Shown here in pieces: positions 7,869 to 17,957 of a stretch of 64,000 nucleotides of DNA (positions are counted from its first letter, which is position 1; the number at the start of each line of letters is the position of its first letter). Source of the DNA: an uncultured virus (IMG/VR IMGVR_UViG_3300050503_000206) (lineage: Duplodnaviria; Heunggongvirae; Uroviricota; Caudoviricetes); the IMG/VR virus record IMGVR_UViG_3300050503_000206. One strand, 5' to 3'. A model generated the notes under the pieces. It made no database searches. It saw only the letters and a program-made list of their open reading frames with translations, and had not been told where the DNA came from. The translations under genes and the position numbers were made by a program.

Positions 7869-8513
7869 TCACCCTTCGAGTTTGTCGGAAAAATATTGCT
7901 GCTCACGAATCACGTGATTCGCGAGGCCCATAGGAATGATGGACAGCGCTCCGCCCAGACGTCCGAGACGGTTGTCGATCACGAACTGTCCGATCGCCCG
8001 CTCCACGTCGGCCGCGGCTGCGTTCGCGCTGGAGTCGTTGACGAGCGGTTGCATCGAGCTCGCCGCGTCGAAGGCCTGACCGACCAGTGCCGACTCGGAC
8101 GGATCGAGCAGGTGCGCAGCGAATAGCGCATGCTCGAGGCCGAGCTGCTTCACCGTCGCATCGACGCCACCCATCGGTGCATCCGTGCCGTCGACGAGGT
8201 GCGAGTACAGATCCATCTCGCGTGTGACGTGCTCGACGAACAAGGGGAAGGCCCAGCCCAAGAACTCTCCCTTCATCAGTCGCGCGAGCGCCTCGGACTG
8301 GTACTCGTGCACTTGGCGGTTGATCGGACGGATGATGTCGACCGCCTTGACGCGGTTGCGCAGCGCACGAGCGCGGACGCTCTTGTAGTGCGCGCCCAGG
8401 CGCTTCGCCTCGGCGACCATCCGCTTGTCCGTGAACAGAAGCGACAGGAACTCGAGGTGCTCCTCGAACTGCCGGGTCCAGAAGACGGTCTCGCTGTACG
8501 CGTCGTACGCCAT
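7869..8513 (-). CDS. DUF2935 domain protein
   Basis: Two repeats: FWxRQFEEHLEFL/HVTRE and EHALFAAHLLDPSE/HVIRE; TGGCAGGAT-N7-ATG leaderless-type start. Confidence 0.8.
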   Translation of the reverse strand: MAYDAYSETVFWTRQFEEHLEFLSLLFTDKRMVAEAKRLGAHYKSVRARALRNRVKAVDIIRPINRQVHEYQSEALARLMKGEFLGWAFPLFVEHVTREMDLYSHLVDGTDAPMGGVDATVKQLGLEHALFAAHLLDPSESALVGQAFDAASSMQPLVNDSSANAAAADVERAIGQFVIDNRLGRLGGALSIIPMGLANHVIREQQYFSDKLEG

Positions 8514-8549
8514 CGCGGCCATCCTGCCACGAAGAGAGACAGCCGGGGC

Positions 8550-8900
8550 CTACTTGTCTCTCTTGCGCAACCCGAGCTCGTCGACGTCGATTTCCTGCGT
8601 GTCCTCCAGCGTCGGATCGGCGTAGCGGACCAGGACCTTGCGCACGTTCTCGACCGCCTTGGCGAGGTCGGTCTCGCCGATCTCGGCCATGCGCGCGCGC
8701 AGTGCCTTGATATGAGGCATGGCTCGGGCCACTCGCTCACCAGGATCGCCGGCGAGTTCGAGCTCGAGGATGCAGCGGCGCGTGAGTCGAGACTCCTCGT
8801 CGAGGCCATCCGCACGAAACCGCTTGCGTAGCTCGTCGAGCGCGGCAACCTGCACCGCGTTGGCTTGGTGGAAATCCGTGATCCTCTGCTCGCGGCTCAA
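8550..8900 (-). CDS. Hypothetical coiled-coil protein (start uncertain)
   Basis: C-terminal part of ORF 8550-9020 has gene-like composition. Confidence 0.4.
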   Translation of the reverse strand: MSREQRITDFHQANAVQVAALDELRKRFRADGLDEESRLTRRCILELELAGDPGERVARAMPHIKALRARMAEIGETDLAKAVENVRKVLVRYADPTLEDTQEIDVDELGLRKRDK

Positions 8901-9466
8901 CGTCCGTCCCGCAGGTTCGTTTGCACCCGCGCCTCCGCTTCGACCAGCTCGATCTTCTTCTCGGGCATCGTCTTGCTGCGCTTGTGCAGGGCGACGATCA
9001 CTTCGCTGACGTGCTGCCACTCGAGCAGTTGCAGCTCCGCGATCCGACGCAAAGACTCTTCGCGCTTCTTGGTCTCGATGTCATCGGCCCTGACGAGATC
9101 GGCGATCCGAAGCTCGTGTGCGTCGAACTGTGCGCGGACTTCCCGGATCTCCGCCAGTGCGGCTGCTCTCTCTTGCTTGTCTTGGTTCAATCCCACGACG
9201 TACGACACCAGCGTGGTTCCGGCGGCGCCGAGCGACGCCGCCAGCGCAGCGACCAGTGGTAGGCTCACGCGAACGCGGAGCATCCCGCGCGACGCGGCGA
9301 CGCTGAGAGGATGATCGGTAGGTCGATCACGTTCGTCCTTTCGATCATCGCGACGCTCGGTGTCGCGCTGTTCGACGGTGAGCACTGGCGCGGTGTCCCG
9401 GCGCCGCTTGCTGTACTCGGTATCCGGCTTCGTCACTTGGATCTCTCGGATTGCAGATCTTACCAT
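8897..9466 (-). CDS. Single-TM coiled-coil membrane protein (start uncertain)
   Basis: LPLVAALAASLGAAGTTLVSYVVGL TM followed by coiled coil. Confidence 0.5.
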   Translation of the reverse strand: MVRSAIREIQVTKPDTEYSKRRRDTAPVLTVEQRDTERRDDRKDERDRPTDHPLSVAASRGMLRVRVSLPLVAALAASLGAAGTTLVSYVVGLNQDKQERAAALAEIREVRAQFDAHELRIADLVRADDIETKKREESLRRIAELQLLEWQHVSEVIVALHKRSKTMPEKKIELVEAEARVQTNLRDGR

Positions 9467-10151
9467 GCGCGCCCCTTGTACGACCCAGCGGAGCCGATGA
9501 TGGCCGTTCGGACGTACGTGCGTGCGCTTGACCGGTTGCTAGTCTCGATTCCGTGCTGTTGGCATCGACATTGGACTTCATCGTCGGCACCGCGTTCGGC
9601 GCAACGGTCGCGGTTGTCAGCGGGTACGTCGTGATGCGGCGATGGTCGCTCGTCGATCTGCGTCGCGTGATGGACATCGCCCGCGCCGTCGCTGGCGACA
9701 CGGCACGGCGCTCGGTGGCGGCGCTGGTGCCAGACGCGGCGAGTCGTCCGACGCTCGACCTCAAGCCTGGCGTCGTGCCTCCCTTCGCGGATCGGCCCAC
9801 ACACGTCTACCAAGCCTGTAACGAAACGCATCGTCCTCGGGTCGAGGTGTGCGTTGACGATGTCCGAACGGCCACGACGGACGTCGGGCATGGCGATCTG
9901 GACCAAGATCGGCCGGCGTGATCGCGCGGCTGGTACCGTTGTCATCATGATCCTCGTCATCGCCGGACAAGCCACACTGCCTCAGTCCAGAACCCCGAGC
10001 CGCCCCTCGTCGTTCCGCTTCTATCACGGCGGATCGTGGTCTCCGGCTGGAGCTCCATCGATCCGCGTCACCTCCGGCCAGGCCACGCTGCCCATCGTCG
10101 CGATCGTCGTGACGAGACCCGTGGAGTCGACTCGCACGGCGACGCTCGTGA

Positions 10152-10412
10152 TCAGCGGTCGAAGCGCTCGAATAGGTAGAGGATCGCTGAGTTGATCGGC
10201 ACGTCGGTGAAGTCGTCGCGCACTAACGGCCGGCCGAGACGCTTCTCCACGCAGCGAAGACACAGGAACCCTTCGGTGCTGCCGCGGTTCACGAGCAGCC
10301 ACAAGCTGTCGCGCAGCATGTAGTAGTAGCCCTCGCCACCGCAGTCGGCACACGGCGTCAGCGTGCGCGGGCAGAACAGCACGCGCAGCGCGAGCCCGAG
10401 CCGAGTCGTCAT
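10152..10412 (-). CDS. Small phage zinc-finger protein
   Basis: CADC...YMLRDSLW...LCLRCVEKRLGRPL pattern. Confidence 0.65.
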   Translation of the reverse strand: MTTRLGLALRVLFCPRTLTPCADCGGEGYYYMLRDSLWLLVNRGSTEGFLCLRCVEKRLGRPLVRDDFTDVPINSAILYLFERFDR

Positions 10413-10801
10413 GCGAGGCCCTGCTCGCGCAGCCAGTGCCACGCACGCGCGACGATGTCCGCGTGGCAGGACTTCGGGGGCTTGCCGGGCGCCGCGGCAC
10501 ACGAGCACACGAGCGCCGTCTCGTCGCGGATCGATCGCAGCGCCAGCATGACCCTCGGGTCGTTGGCGCGGATCTTCTCCCACAGCCAGCGCCGGTAGAG
10601 CTCGAGCGCGCCGTCGCGGGTCAGCTCCTCGCCGTCGTAGCCCGCGTTGTGCGGGCGGTACGGGTTGCCGAGCGGTGTGCCGCGTCCGACGTACATCCAC
10701 GGTTGCGGAAGCAGGTTCTGCCCCTTGCGCGGCTTCTTCTTCGGCGGAGGACCGACGCCCTCCTCGAAGCGGAAGTGGTACCGGTTCACAACGGTGGGCA
10801 C
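10409..10801 (-). CDS. DUF4326 domain protein
   Basis: YVGRGTPLGNPY...LVCSC...CHADIV; GAGGAG before GTG. Confidence 0.85.
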   Translation of the reverse strand: MPTVVNRYHFRFEEGVGPPPKKKPRKGQNLLPQPWMYVGRGTPLGNPYRPHNAGYDGEELTRDGALELYRRWLWEKIRANDPRVMLALRSIRDETALVCSCAAAPGKPPKSCHADIVARAWHWLREQGLA

Positions 10802-11331
10802 TTGCTCCTCGGAAACGTCTGAATCTCCTTGAAGCACAAACGCAACGAGAACTCCGTCTTGGTGGGATCCGGAATGTCCTTGCGGATCCCGACGAGCACC
10901 TTCAGTGCGGGCACACCGGCGTTGCCGGACGTTGGATCGTTGCCTGACGCCGGTGAGCATCCGCCATCGAAACGGATCCAGCCATCCGGCTCCGACAACT
11001 TGGCGTCGCTGCGGAAGACCTCGGCATCGAAGACTCCCGGACACAGACGCATGTCGTTGTGCCAGAAGTCGAGCAGAAATAAGGGTCGCACGCCATCACG
11101 CCGGTCGCCGTCGTATCTCACGCCGCAGAAGAAGACGAACGCGGTCTCGGGACGCACCGACGCGATGGGAAAGATCGGTGCGACCACGAACTCGTAGTCG
11201 GAGAACGTCACGTTGCGGTCGTGATGGCCAGGTGTGGTGGTCGTCGCAGCGCCGGACTGTCGAATCTCGCGGAGTTCGCTGACGGTGTAGGCGATGCGCA
11301 CGTGTGAAGGAGGAAGTTCGAGGACGTTCAT
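10786..11331 (-). CDS. Hypothetical protein
   Basis: Translationally coupled ORF starting MNVLELPP. Confidence 0.55.
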   Translation of the reverse strand: MNVLELPPSHVRIAYTVSELREIRQSGAATTTTPGHHDRNVTFSDYEFVVAPIFPIASVRPETAFVFFCGVRYDGDRRDGVRPLFLLDFWHNDMRLCPGVFDAEVFRSDAKLSEPDGWIRFDGGCSPASGNDPTSGNAGVPALKVLVGIRKDIPDPTKTEFSLRLCFKEIQTFPRSKCPPL

Positions 11332-11663
11332 GATGTCTCCACCCAGGCCGTGGCGTCGAAGAGCGGCCACACTGGAGGCAGGTTGAGCAGCACGTAGTCG
11401 ATGGCGAGCCACGTGTCCGGCGGCTTCTTCACGTTGACGACCAAGAGCTTGGATGCGTCGTAGGGAAACTTGGTCACGACCTCGATGCAGTGGACCTTGT
11501 CGACGTAGCTCATCGCGAAGTAGACGCGGTTGATCCGGAACGTTCCCGGCGCCGCGCCGATCTCCAGCGCGAGCAACGAGGAGCGTTCCGGAAGTCGTTC
11601 GACGATCGTCGAAGGCAGCATCGAGTGCGTCCGTACGCACAGCGAGATCGGGATCACGCGCAT
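11328..11663 (-). CDS. Hypothetical protein
   Basis: Coupled ORF with GGAGG upstream. Confidence 0.55.
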   Translation of the reverse strand: MRVIPISLCVRTHSMLPSTIVERLPERSSLLALEIGAAPGTFRINRVYFAMSYVDKVHCIEVVTKFPYDASKLLVVNVKKPPDTWLAIDYVLLNLPPVWPLFDATAWVETS

Positions 11664-12676
11664 CACGGCACCTCCCGTACGCGGAGGTCGGGCGGCCATT
11701 CGTGCATGTCCTTACCCTTTCCCGATCGGATCTCGTACGTGTGCCCGCGGTCGACGAACAAGCTGTGACGGCCGCCGTGCGAGAGTCGGGCGCCGCCATG
11801 CTGGCTACTGGGGTTCGACCCGAGTTGTTTCATGAACGGCGGTACGCCCACGGCGACGAACTGCCGGATGATCGAGCGCGCCCACTCGATCCGGCAGCTC
11901 CGCGCGCCCGGTCCCGACTCGCCACCGATGACGGCCCAACCAAGCCGTTTGCCACGGGAGAGCATCACCGGCCCCTCGGTGTAGCCCTTCGCGCGTAGCT
12001 CGGGACCGACGTAGCCGAGATGCGCCCGCTCGGGAAGCCACCGCGACAGGTCGCCCAGATCCTCGAGCAGCGGCTCGAAGCTCGCCCAGTGCAGCGCGGC
12101 CGGGCACTGCAGGATCCAGTCGAGGCGCTCGCGCGCGTCCAGGTTCTCCACGCTCGCACCGAGCTGGACGTTGGGCAGGGGCCACGTCGTCGCGCCGTCG
12201 CCGACCTCGACGTCGAGCGCGGCGGCTGCCATCGCGCAGAAGGTCACCTCATTGCCTTCGCCGGCGGCGCTACGAAGCCACGTGTAGAACGGCCTCGGAT
12301 CGCGCTTGGTCAGCAGCAGGTACGTGTGCCGCGGGGTCGCGGCCATCGTCCCGAAGACGGCGGCGATGAACGGGAACGGTACGCGGTGGTGGAACAGATC
12401 GGACAGCGAGTCCACGAACACCCGCCGCGGATTCCGCCAGCGCAGCGGGTCGCCGAGGACCTCGGGCTGCAACCGGATCGTCCCGTTCCAATCGATGCCA
12501 GGCCGCGATGCGCTCTTGGGCCGGATCTTGGTCAGGCCCTGGTGCTGCTCGCACATGCCACGGTGCAGCTGGCGCATGGCGTAGCACTTATCGCACCCAG
12601 GTGACACGCGCTCGCAGCCGAGCGTCGGCTGCCACGTGGCGTCGGTCCACTCGATGGAAGATCCGTCCGACATCAC
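11663..12676 (-). CDS. Phage Gp37/Gp68 (DUF5131) radical-SAM-like protein
   Basis: IEWTDATWQPTLGCERVSPGCDKCYA; FVDSLSDLFH; SFEPLL; WAVIGGESG; FMKQLG. Confidence 0.92.
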   Translation of the reverse strand: MMSDGSSIEWTDATWQPTLGCERVSPGCDKCYAMRQLHRGMCEQHQGLTKIRPKSASRPGIDWNGTIRLQPEVLGDPLRWRNPRRVFVDSLSDLFHHRVPFPFIAAVFGTMAATPRHTYLLLTKRDPRPFYTWLRSAAGEGNEVTFCAMAAAALDVEVGDGATTWPLPNVQLGASVENLDARERLDWILQCPAALHWASFEPLLEDLGDLSRWLPERAHLGYVGPELRAKGYTEGPVMLSRGKRLGWAVIGGESGPGARSCRIEWARSIIRQFVAVGVPPFMKQLGSNPSSQHGGARLSHGGRHSLFVDRGHTYEIRSGKGKDMHEWPPDLRVREVP

Positions 12677-12933
12677 TCACCCACCATTCCGTAGCCGCTG
12701 CGAAGTCCCAGCGAGGACTCGCGGATGTACTTGCGCTGCACGACGGTCGTGCGTCCCGAGTGCTCCCAGCGCACGCGCACATGGGTCGAGTCGACACCGA
12801 CGACGACAGCGCGCGGAGCTGCGAGATCGCCTGCGGCCTCCGAGAACCGCCAGACACGGCGGTCGTTGTCGACGATGATCGTGCCCACGACGATCGGGAG
12901 CACACGGCGAGGCAACGTCGGCTTGGTCTTCAC
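12673..12933 (-). CDS. Hypothetical protein
   Basis: GGAGG upstream; coupled to neighbours. Confidence 0.5.
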   Translation of the reverse strand: MKTKPTLPRRVLPIVVGTIIVDNDRRVWRFSEAAGDLAAPRAVVVGVDSTHVRVRWEHSGRTTVVQRKYIRESSLGLRSGYGMVGE

Positions 12934-12948
12934 TTTTCCCTCCGTTCG

Positions 12949-13248
12949 TCAGACATCGTCGACCTCCTTCTGGAACGAGCGCACACGCGGTGTGTCGAGC
13001 AACACGAGCGTGCGCAGGATGTCGACCTGGTCGCCGTGACGGCAACGACGCAGACGCGCGATGACGCGGTCGGCACTGTGATGGATGAGCGCCTCGTCGA
13101 GCAGATCGATCACGACGCGCCCGTACGAGCGGATCTCGTGCAGCCCGTTTTCCCAGCGATAGATCGACGCACCCGGCAAGCCGAGCATGTCCGCGAACGC
13201 CTGCTGCGTCAGTCCGCACTGCTGCCGCAGCGCCAAGATCTTGTTCAC
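12949..13248 (-). CDS. XRE/Cro-like HTH regulator
   Basis: LRQQCGLTQQAFADMLGLPGASIYRWENG. Confidence 0.85.
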   Translation of the reverse strand: MNKILALRQQCGLTQQAFADMLGLPGASIYRWENGLHEIRSYGRVVIDLLDEALIHHSADRVIARLRRCRHGDQVDILRTLVLLDTPRVRSFQKEVDDV

Positions 13249-14396
13249 TCGTCACCTCCGAAGATCCCGACCTGCACCGGTCGGGCGGCAGCGGTCGCGC
13301 GCGCCGGGTCGAGACGACCGGCGAACTCGAGCCCGGCCGTCGAGCGCCCGCGGGCCATCGCAGCGTAGCGTGGGTCGAGCTCGACACCGACGCACTGCAT
13401 GCCTTCGACGGCGCACGCCATGGGTCCCGTGCCGCTGCCGCAGAACGGATCGAGCACTCGCTGGCCCGGCGCGGCGAGCAGGCGCACGAGCCAGCGCACG
13501 AGGTTCAGCGGCTTCACGGCCGGGTGGTCGTTTGTACCCGGCGCCAGCCCAAGGTCGCGCTCGCGCGTCGAGGCCTTGCGGACGAAGCGGAAGGACGGGT
13601 AGTAGCGCGACGCTCCGCCTCCGCCGCCGTAGGTCATGTCCGAGGATCCCGGCGCCTTGTGGTGGATCCCGTGGAACAGATTGGTGCTGTCCTTCTGCGT
13701 GCCGCGGTGACGGATCGCGGTGCCGTCCCGCGACAGCCCGCTTTGCTGGTCGAGCTCGGTCGCTGGACAGCCCGGGGCGCACCGCTCGTCGTCGCAGTCC
13801 TCGGCGTGGGTGAGCACCACGTTCGAGGGGAAGCGCCCGAGTGTCGAATCGAAGTCGGCGTCGCTGCCCTCCGTACGCCGGATGATGGTGCCGTCGGTGC
13901 GCGTGTGGCCGGCGAGGTGGTACTCGGTACGGCGAGCGCCGTCGACCCGGCATGCGTCCACCCGCAACGCGCCGACACCCTGCTCGGCGACGGTGCGCTC
14001 GAGCGTGGTCACGAGTGGCTTGCGTGCGAGACAGATCATCTCGCACGCGGGCTTGAGCTGCGCAGTGAACCCCTTGTCGTCGCCGACGCTGGTGCTCTTC
14101 GGAGTGCCCTGAGCATGCAGCCACGGGACCGTGTCGCGGATCTCGAAGCCGGCGTCCTCGATGGCACACCAGACGCGATAGTGCGTGCGGCCGCCGAAGA
14201 CAGCCATGTGGGCGCCCGGGATGAGCGCCGTGAGCACGCCGTTCCACATGGTCGGGTCGAACGCGACGCCCGTGCGATCCCAGTCGTGTCCACCGATCCC
14301 GATCTCGTACGGAGGATCGGCCACCGCGGCGTGGAACAAGCCGAGCGTCGGCACGACCACGCGAGCGTCGCCTTCGACGATCTCGATCACCATCAC
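13245..14396 (-). CDS. DNA N6-adenine/N4-cytosine methyltransferase (beta class)
   Basis: DPPY catalytic motif; HPAVKP; VLDPFCGSGT SAM-binding motif. Confidence 0.92.
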   Translation of the reverse strand: MMVIEIVEGDARVVVPTLGLFHAAVADPPYEIGIGGHDWDRTGVAFDPTMWNGVLTALIPGAHMAVFGGRTHYRVWCAIEDAGFEIRDTVPWLHAQGTPKSTSVGDDKGFTAQLKPACEMICLARKPLVTTLERTVAEQGVGALRVDACRVDGARRTEYHLAGHTRTDGTIIRRTEGSDADFDSTLGRFPSNVVLTHAEDCDDERCAPGCPATELDQQSGLSRDGTAIRHRGTQKDSTNLFHGIHHKAPGSSDMTYGGGGGASRYYPSFRFVRKASTRERDLGLAPGTNDHPAVKPLNLVRWLVRLLAAPGQRVLDPFCGSGTGPMACAVEGMQCVGVELDPRYAAMARGRSTAGLEFAGRLDPARATAAARPVQVGIFGGDE

Positions 14397-14623
14397 TTCT
14401 GCTCCAAGCTCACGTTGTAGAGCGCGCGAACCATGTCGATGAACGTCTTCGTGCGCATGGGTGGCAACTGGATCTGGAACGTCGGCTTGACGCGAAAGTG
14501 CTCACCCGACATCTCGATGTCGAAGTCTGGTAGCCCCACAAGATCATCGCCATCGAACGCTTCAGGCAGATAGGACTTGAGCCGCTCGCACGCGCGACGC
14601 TCGTTGACGGTGCGCGGCTTCAT
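14393..14623 (-). CDS. Small hypothetical protein
   Basis: ATGA/GTGA coupling on both sides. Confidence 0.5.
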   Translation of the reverse strand: MKPRTVNERRACERLKSYLPEAFDGDDLVGLPDFDIEMSGEHFRVKPTFQIQLPPMRTKTFIDMVRALYNVSLEQK

Positions 14624-16392
14624 CGCAACTGCTCCGTCGCGCGCAGGCACGTTGTCCCGGCGTGCTTGAACGTCTCGACGAGATTGGCGGTCCGTAGCCG
14701 TCCGAGGTACGTCGAGAACGTGCCGGCGTTGCCGGCGAGGTTCGCCTCTGCCGCCGCGTCGTCTTTACTGATCCCGTCGGGCGACCGCAGGATGACATCG
14801 AGCAGACGACGCTGCCCACCATCGCCGCACCACTCGAGCCAATAGTCGCGCAGTTCGTCGCCGGTCGGCAGCGGCTCGACGCCGCCCAGGGCCTCGACGC
14901 CGGTGTCGGTCGCCACGAACTTCGAGCCCGACTTCTCGACCCAGCCGTTGGTTCGTAGCCGGCTCATGTACGTCGCGAAGGTGCCGCCCTTGGTGGCCAT
15001 GCGCGCGAGGAGTCCGATGGCCTTCGTCTCGAGTCCGCCCGGATGCTGAGCGAGCACCATGAGGATCCGTTGCATGCCGCCCGTGCCGACCGCAGGGTCG
15101 GCAGTGCCAGTCCGTCGTGCGACATAGCGGTGGAACGACTCATCTCCGACGGAGCCGTCGGTGTTGCGCTCACTGGGCGCATTGGTCCACGACGTCGATC
15201 TCTTGGCTACGGGCGGCGGCGCCTGTACGCGCGCGCCCTTGCCGGTCTTCTTGCGCCCTTCGCGAATGGCCGCACGCATCGACGTCGCGGTGATCCCGAG
15301 CGACTTCAGACCTGCTTCGATGGACGCGAGATCACGTTCGAACTGGTCGAAGCTTTCGACGATTACGCCGCTCATCGTCGTCAGGCCATCGGCGTAGCCT
15401 GTCGCACGAGCAGCACCCAGCGCGCGCTCGTCGACCTTGGCGACGCCGTTGGTCGGCGGCGCGGCGATGGGCTTGCTCGCGCGCAGTCGCTTGTTCTCGG
15501 CGCGGAGCTGCTCGATCTCCGACGCCTCGGCTTCGACCTTCTGCTTCAAGTCCTTCAGGTCGGCGGCGACCTTCAGGATCGCCTTGCTCGGCGCGGGCGC
15601 GACGAGCTTGTGCCTCTGGCCCGCCTTCGGATGCGTCGTCACAGCCGACGCGCACTGGAAGCGCCGCACGCCTGCGTCGCCGTCGAAGGCGTCTCCGTAG
15701 CCGAACCACTCTCCGGGCTTGAGCTGTCGCAGCAGCGGCCAGTCGCTCTTGCCGGCGAGGCCGAGCGTGTCCACGGCGCGGCGAAGATCGTTGTCGAGGC
15801 CGATCTTGCCAATGCACACGTTCACGGCCTCGCTCGCCGCGTCCTTCGAGAGCTTGGCGAAGCGCTGCGTGCAGAGGATCCCGGCGATCCCCTGCTTGCG
15901 TCCCGAGTCCATGAGTCGGATCACCGCCTCCGTGCTCTCGCACTCGCGGCCTTCGGCGGCGAACTCGTGGGCCTCGTCGAGCACGAGGATCCGTGGCCTC
16001 CACAGCGACCGCGGCAGACTCAGCAGCGTCTCGAGGAAGAGTCGGACGAACTTGCGCTTGTCCTGCTTGGACAGGGCGTAGAGGTTGACGACCGCACTGA
16101 CGCCGAGCTCGGCGAGGATGCGCGCAAGCTTGGCGGCCGTCGCGACCGAGGTGTCGGCCTCTCCGCCTTCGCCGACGAGCACCACGTCGTACTTCTCGCG
16201 CAGCGTCGCGAACTCGCCCTCGCGGTCGAGGATGATCGTGGGGATCTGCTCGACGAGATGCTCGCAGATCACGCGGACGAGGTACGACTTGCCCGATCCA
16301 CTCATGCCGACGAGCAGCATCCGTCCCTCGAGCAGCCGTGCGACGTCCAGCGTTGCGCCCTTGCCGAGGTGGATCTTCTTGGCGATGGTCAT
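14620..16392 (-). CDS. HerA/FtsK-like (DUF87) P-loop ATPase with coiled coil and C-terminal winged helices
   Basis: GMSGSGKS Walker A; ILDREGEF; LVLDEAHEF Walker B; GRKQG..CTQR; two repeated TFxTYxxRLRTxxxVE segments. Confidence 0.85.
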   Translation of the reverse strand: MTIAKKIHLGKGATLDVARLLEGRMLLVGMSGSGKSYLVRVICEHLVEQIPTIILDREGEFATLREKYDVVLVGEGGEADTSVATAAKLARILAELGVSAVVNLYALSKQDKRKFVRLFLETLLSLPRSLWRPRILVLDEAHEFAAEGRECESTEAVIRLMDSGRKQGIAGILCTQRFAKLSKDAASEAVNVCIGKIGLDNDLRRAVDTLGLAGKSDWPLLRQLKPGEWFGYGDAFDGDAGVRRFQCASAVTTHPKAGQRHKLVAPAPSKAILKVAADLKDLKQKVEAEASEIEQLRAENKRLRASKPIAAPPTNGVAKVDERALGAARATGYADGLTTMSGVIVESFDQFERDLASIEAGLKSLGITATSMRAAIREGRKKTGKGARVQAPPPVAKRSTSWTNAPSERNTDGSVGDESFHRYVARRTGTADPAVGTGGMQRILMVLAQHPGGLETKAIGLLARMATKGGTFATYMSRLRTNGWVEKSGSKFVATDTGVEALGGVEPLPTGDELRDYWLEWCGDGGQRRLLDVILRSPDGISKDDAAAEANLAGNAGTFSTYLGRLRTANLVETFKHAGTTCLRATEQLR

Positions 16393-16492
16393 GGTCGTCT
16401 CCTTCGGCTCCGGATCTGGTCGAACACGATGAGCACCAACACGATCGCGACAGGCGCGACGATCGCGAGCACGGCCTGTAGGGCTTCCGTGC

Positions 16493-17098
16493 TCACACGA
16501 GCACCTTGCGCGCCTCTTCGATCTTGAGACGCAGGCGACGACGGTTCATGACTCCCTCGGGACGCGCGACGAGATCGAGCGCCTCGTCGAGCAGCTCCGC
16601 GACGAGATCGGCCCGCTCGCGCAGGTCGGCGAGGCGCGCGGCGTTCGGTTCGAGCTCGTCGAGGCGCTGCTGAAGCTTGGCGATCGTCGAGCGAAGCTCG
16701 GCCATCTTCGACGGGGCCTGCGGCGGCGGATCGTCGAACGTCTCGGTCCGGCGCGCGCGCGGACCGATCTGTCGGACCACCGGCGGTTCGATGGAGCGCT
16801 GGGGCGCGCGGCCCTGACTACGCAGCGACGGTGGCTGCCGCGGCTCGGCGCGCGGACGCGGGACGGGCAACGGCTCGTCCTCGGGCAGCGGATCGGGGCG
16901 GCGGGTGGGGATCGCGACGCGGCTCGAGGACGTGACCGCGGGGACCGCAGGTGGACGTGCGGCCGGCAATGCCGGACGCGGTGCGGCAGGAACCGGCCCC
17001 ACGGTCGTCTGGCGCGCGGTCGAGCGCGCGACCATCGTGCCCTTGATCGAGCGCTCCGCGGTCCGGATCCCCGGCTTGCGCTTGGGCACGGCAGTCAT
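16493..17098 (-). CDS. Pro/Arg-rich protein with C-terminal coiled coil
   Basis: ATGA-coupled start MTAVPKRK. Confidence 0.5.
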   Translation of the reverse strand: MTAVPKRKPGIRTAERSIKGTMVARSTARQTTVGPVPAAPRPALPAARPPAVPAVTSSSRVAIPTRRPDPLPEDEPLPVPRPRAEPRQPPSLRSQGRAPQRSIEPPVVRQIGPRARRTETFDDPPPQAPSKMAELRSTIAKLQQRLDELEPNAARLADLRERADLVAELLDEALDLVARPEGVMNRRRLRLKIEEARKVLV

Positions 17099-17283
17099 CC
17101 GCACACCGCGTTGCAGCAGACGGCGAACGCCGCGGCCCCAGCGACGAACACGATCACCTCGCTCCACCGCTTGTGAATCGCGATCCGTGTCTCGAGCTTC
17201 GCGCGGTCGAGTTGGGTGTCGACGTTGTCGCCCTCCTCGACGATCTCGCCGATCACGACGCGCCGTTCTTGGGGCTCGTTCAT
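17095..17283 (-). CDS. Small membrane protein
   Basis: C-terminal TM; coupled to neighbours. Confidence 0.45.
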   Translation of the reverse strand: MNEPQERRVVIGEIVEEGDNVDTQLDRAKLETRIAIHKRWSEVIVFVAGAAAFAVCCNAVCG

Positions 17284-17957
17284 CGCGTTCGTCCTTCCGC
17301 CTCGTCGATGTCCCGGACACTATCTGGGAGAGGCCGACCGTCGGGCCATGGCACAGAGTTGTGGATCAACCGCCCGAGACGAGACTTGGAGAAGTAGAGA
17401 CGCATGTCCTCGTGCCCGTATGGCCAACGAGCGACGCCGTGTCGGAAGAACACGTGGAAGAAAGTTGTTGCGAAGTCCGTGTATCCGACCTCGAGAGGCA
17501 GATACCCAGGTGGAACCATCCATCGGATGTCCGCGACACCGCCTGGCTTCCTCGGATCGTGAGCGAGTGCTGCGATCGGTTCGCTCCACTGCACGCTGCC
17601 GTCGTTCTCCGCTCCTCGTCCACGCGCTGGAACGAACGTTGCGGTGAATGGCGACGGAAGCTCCGACAGCGCCGCGTTGTTCTCCTTCACGCAGTGATCG
17701 GAATGTGGCTCACATCCGACACGCACAACGCAGGTGATGACGTCCGCTTCACCAAGTGCAGCTCGCATCCGTGCGAAGGCCCACGCGTCGTAGATGTCGA
17801 GCGGAAAGCGCTCGAACACTTGGCCATAGAAGTCTTGGTCGTCGTACTCACGCTTCCGGAGACGATCCAACGTTTCCATCAGCAACTTCCCCGCTCCTTC
17901 TTCCCGTAGAGCGTTCTCCGTCGACGCACGCAGGAAGTCGACCGCCTGTTTCGACAT
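17280..17957 (-). CDS. Hypothetical protein
   Basis: 225 aa; TAATG coupling with the recombinase; GGGGAG upstream. Confidence 0.6.
   Translation of the reverse strand: MSKQAVDFLRASTENALREEGAGKLLMETLDRLRKREYDDQDFYGQVFERFPLDIYDAWAFARMRAALGEADVITCVVRVGCEPHSDHCVKENNAALSELPSPFTATFVPARGRGAENDGSVQWSEPIAALAHDPRKPGGVADIRWMVPPGYLPLEVGYTDFATTFFHVFFRHGVARWPYGHEDMRLYFSKSRLGRLIHNSVPWPDGRPLPDSVRDIDEAEGRTR

Noticed and set aside
9311..10150. Coding assignment for this interval
   Set aside because: Several overlapping ORFs on both strands have no recognisable motif. I could not decide which, if any, is real.
13245..14396. Restriction-modification system
   Set aside because: No cognate restriction endonuclease is adjacent; orphan MTases are common in phages.
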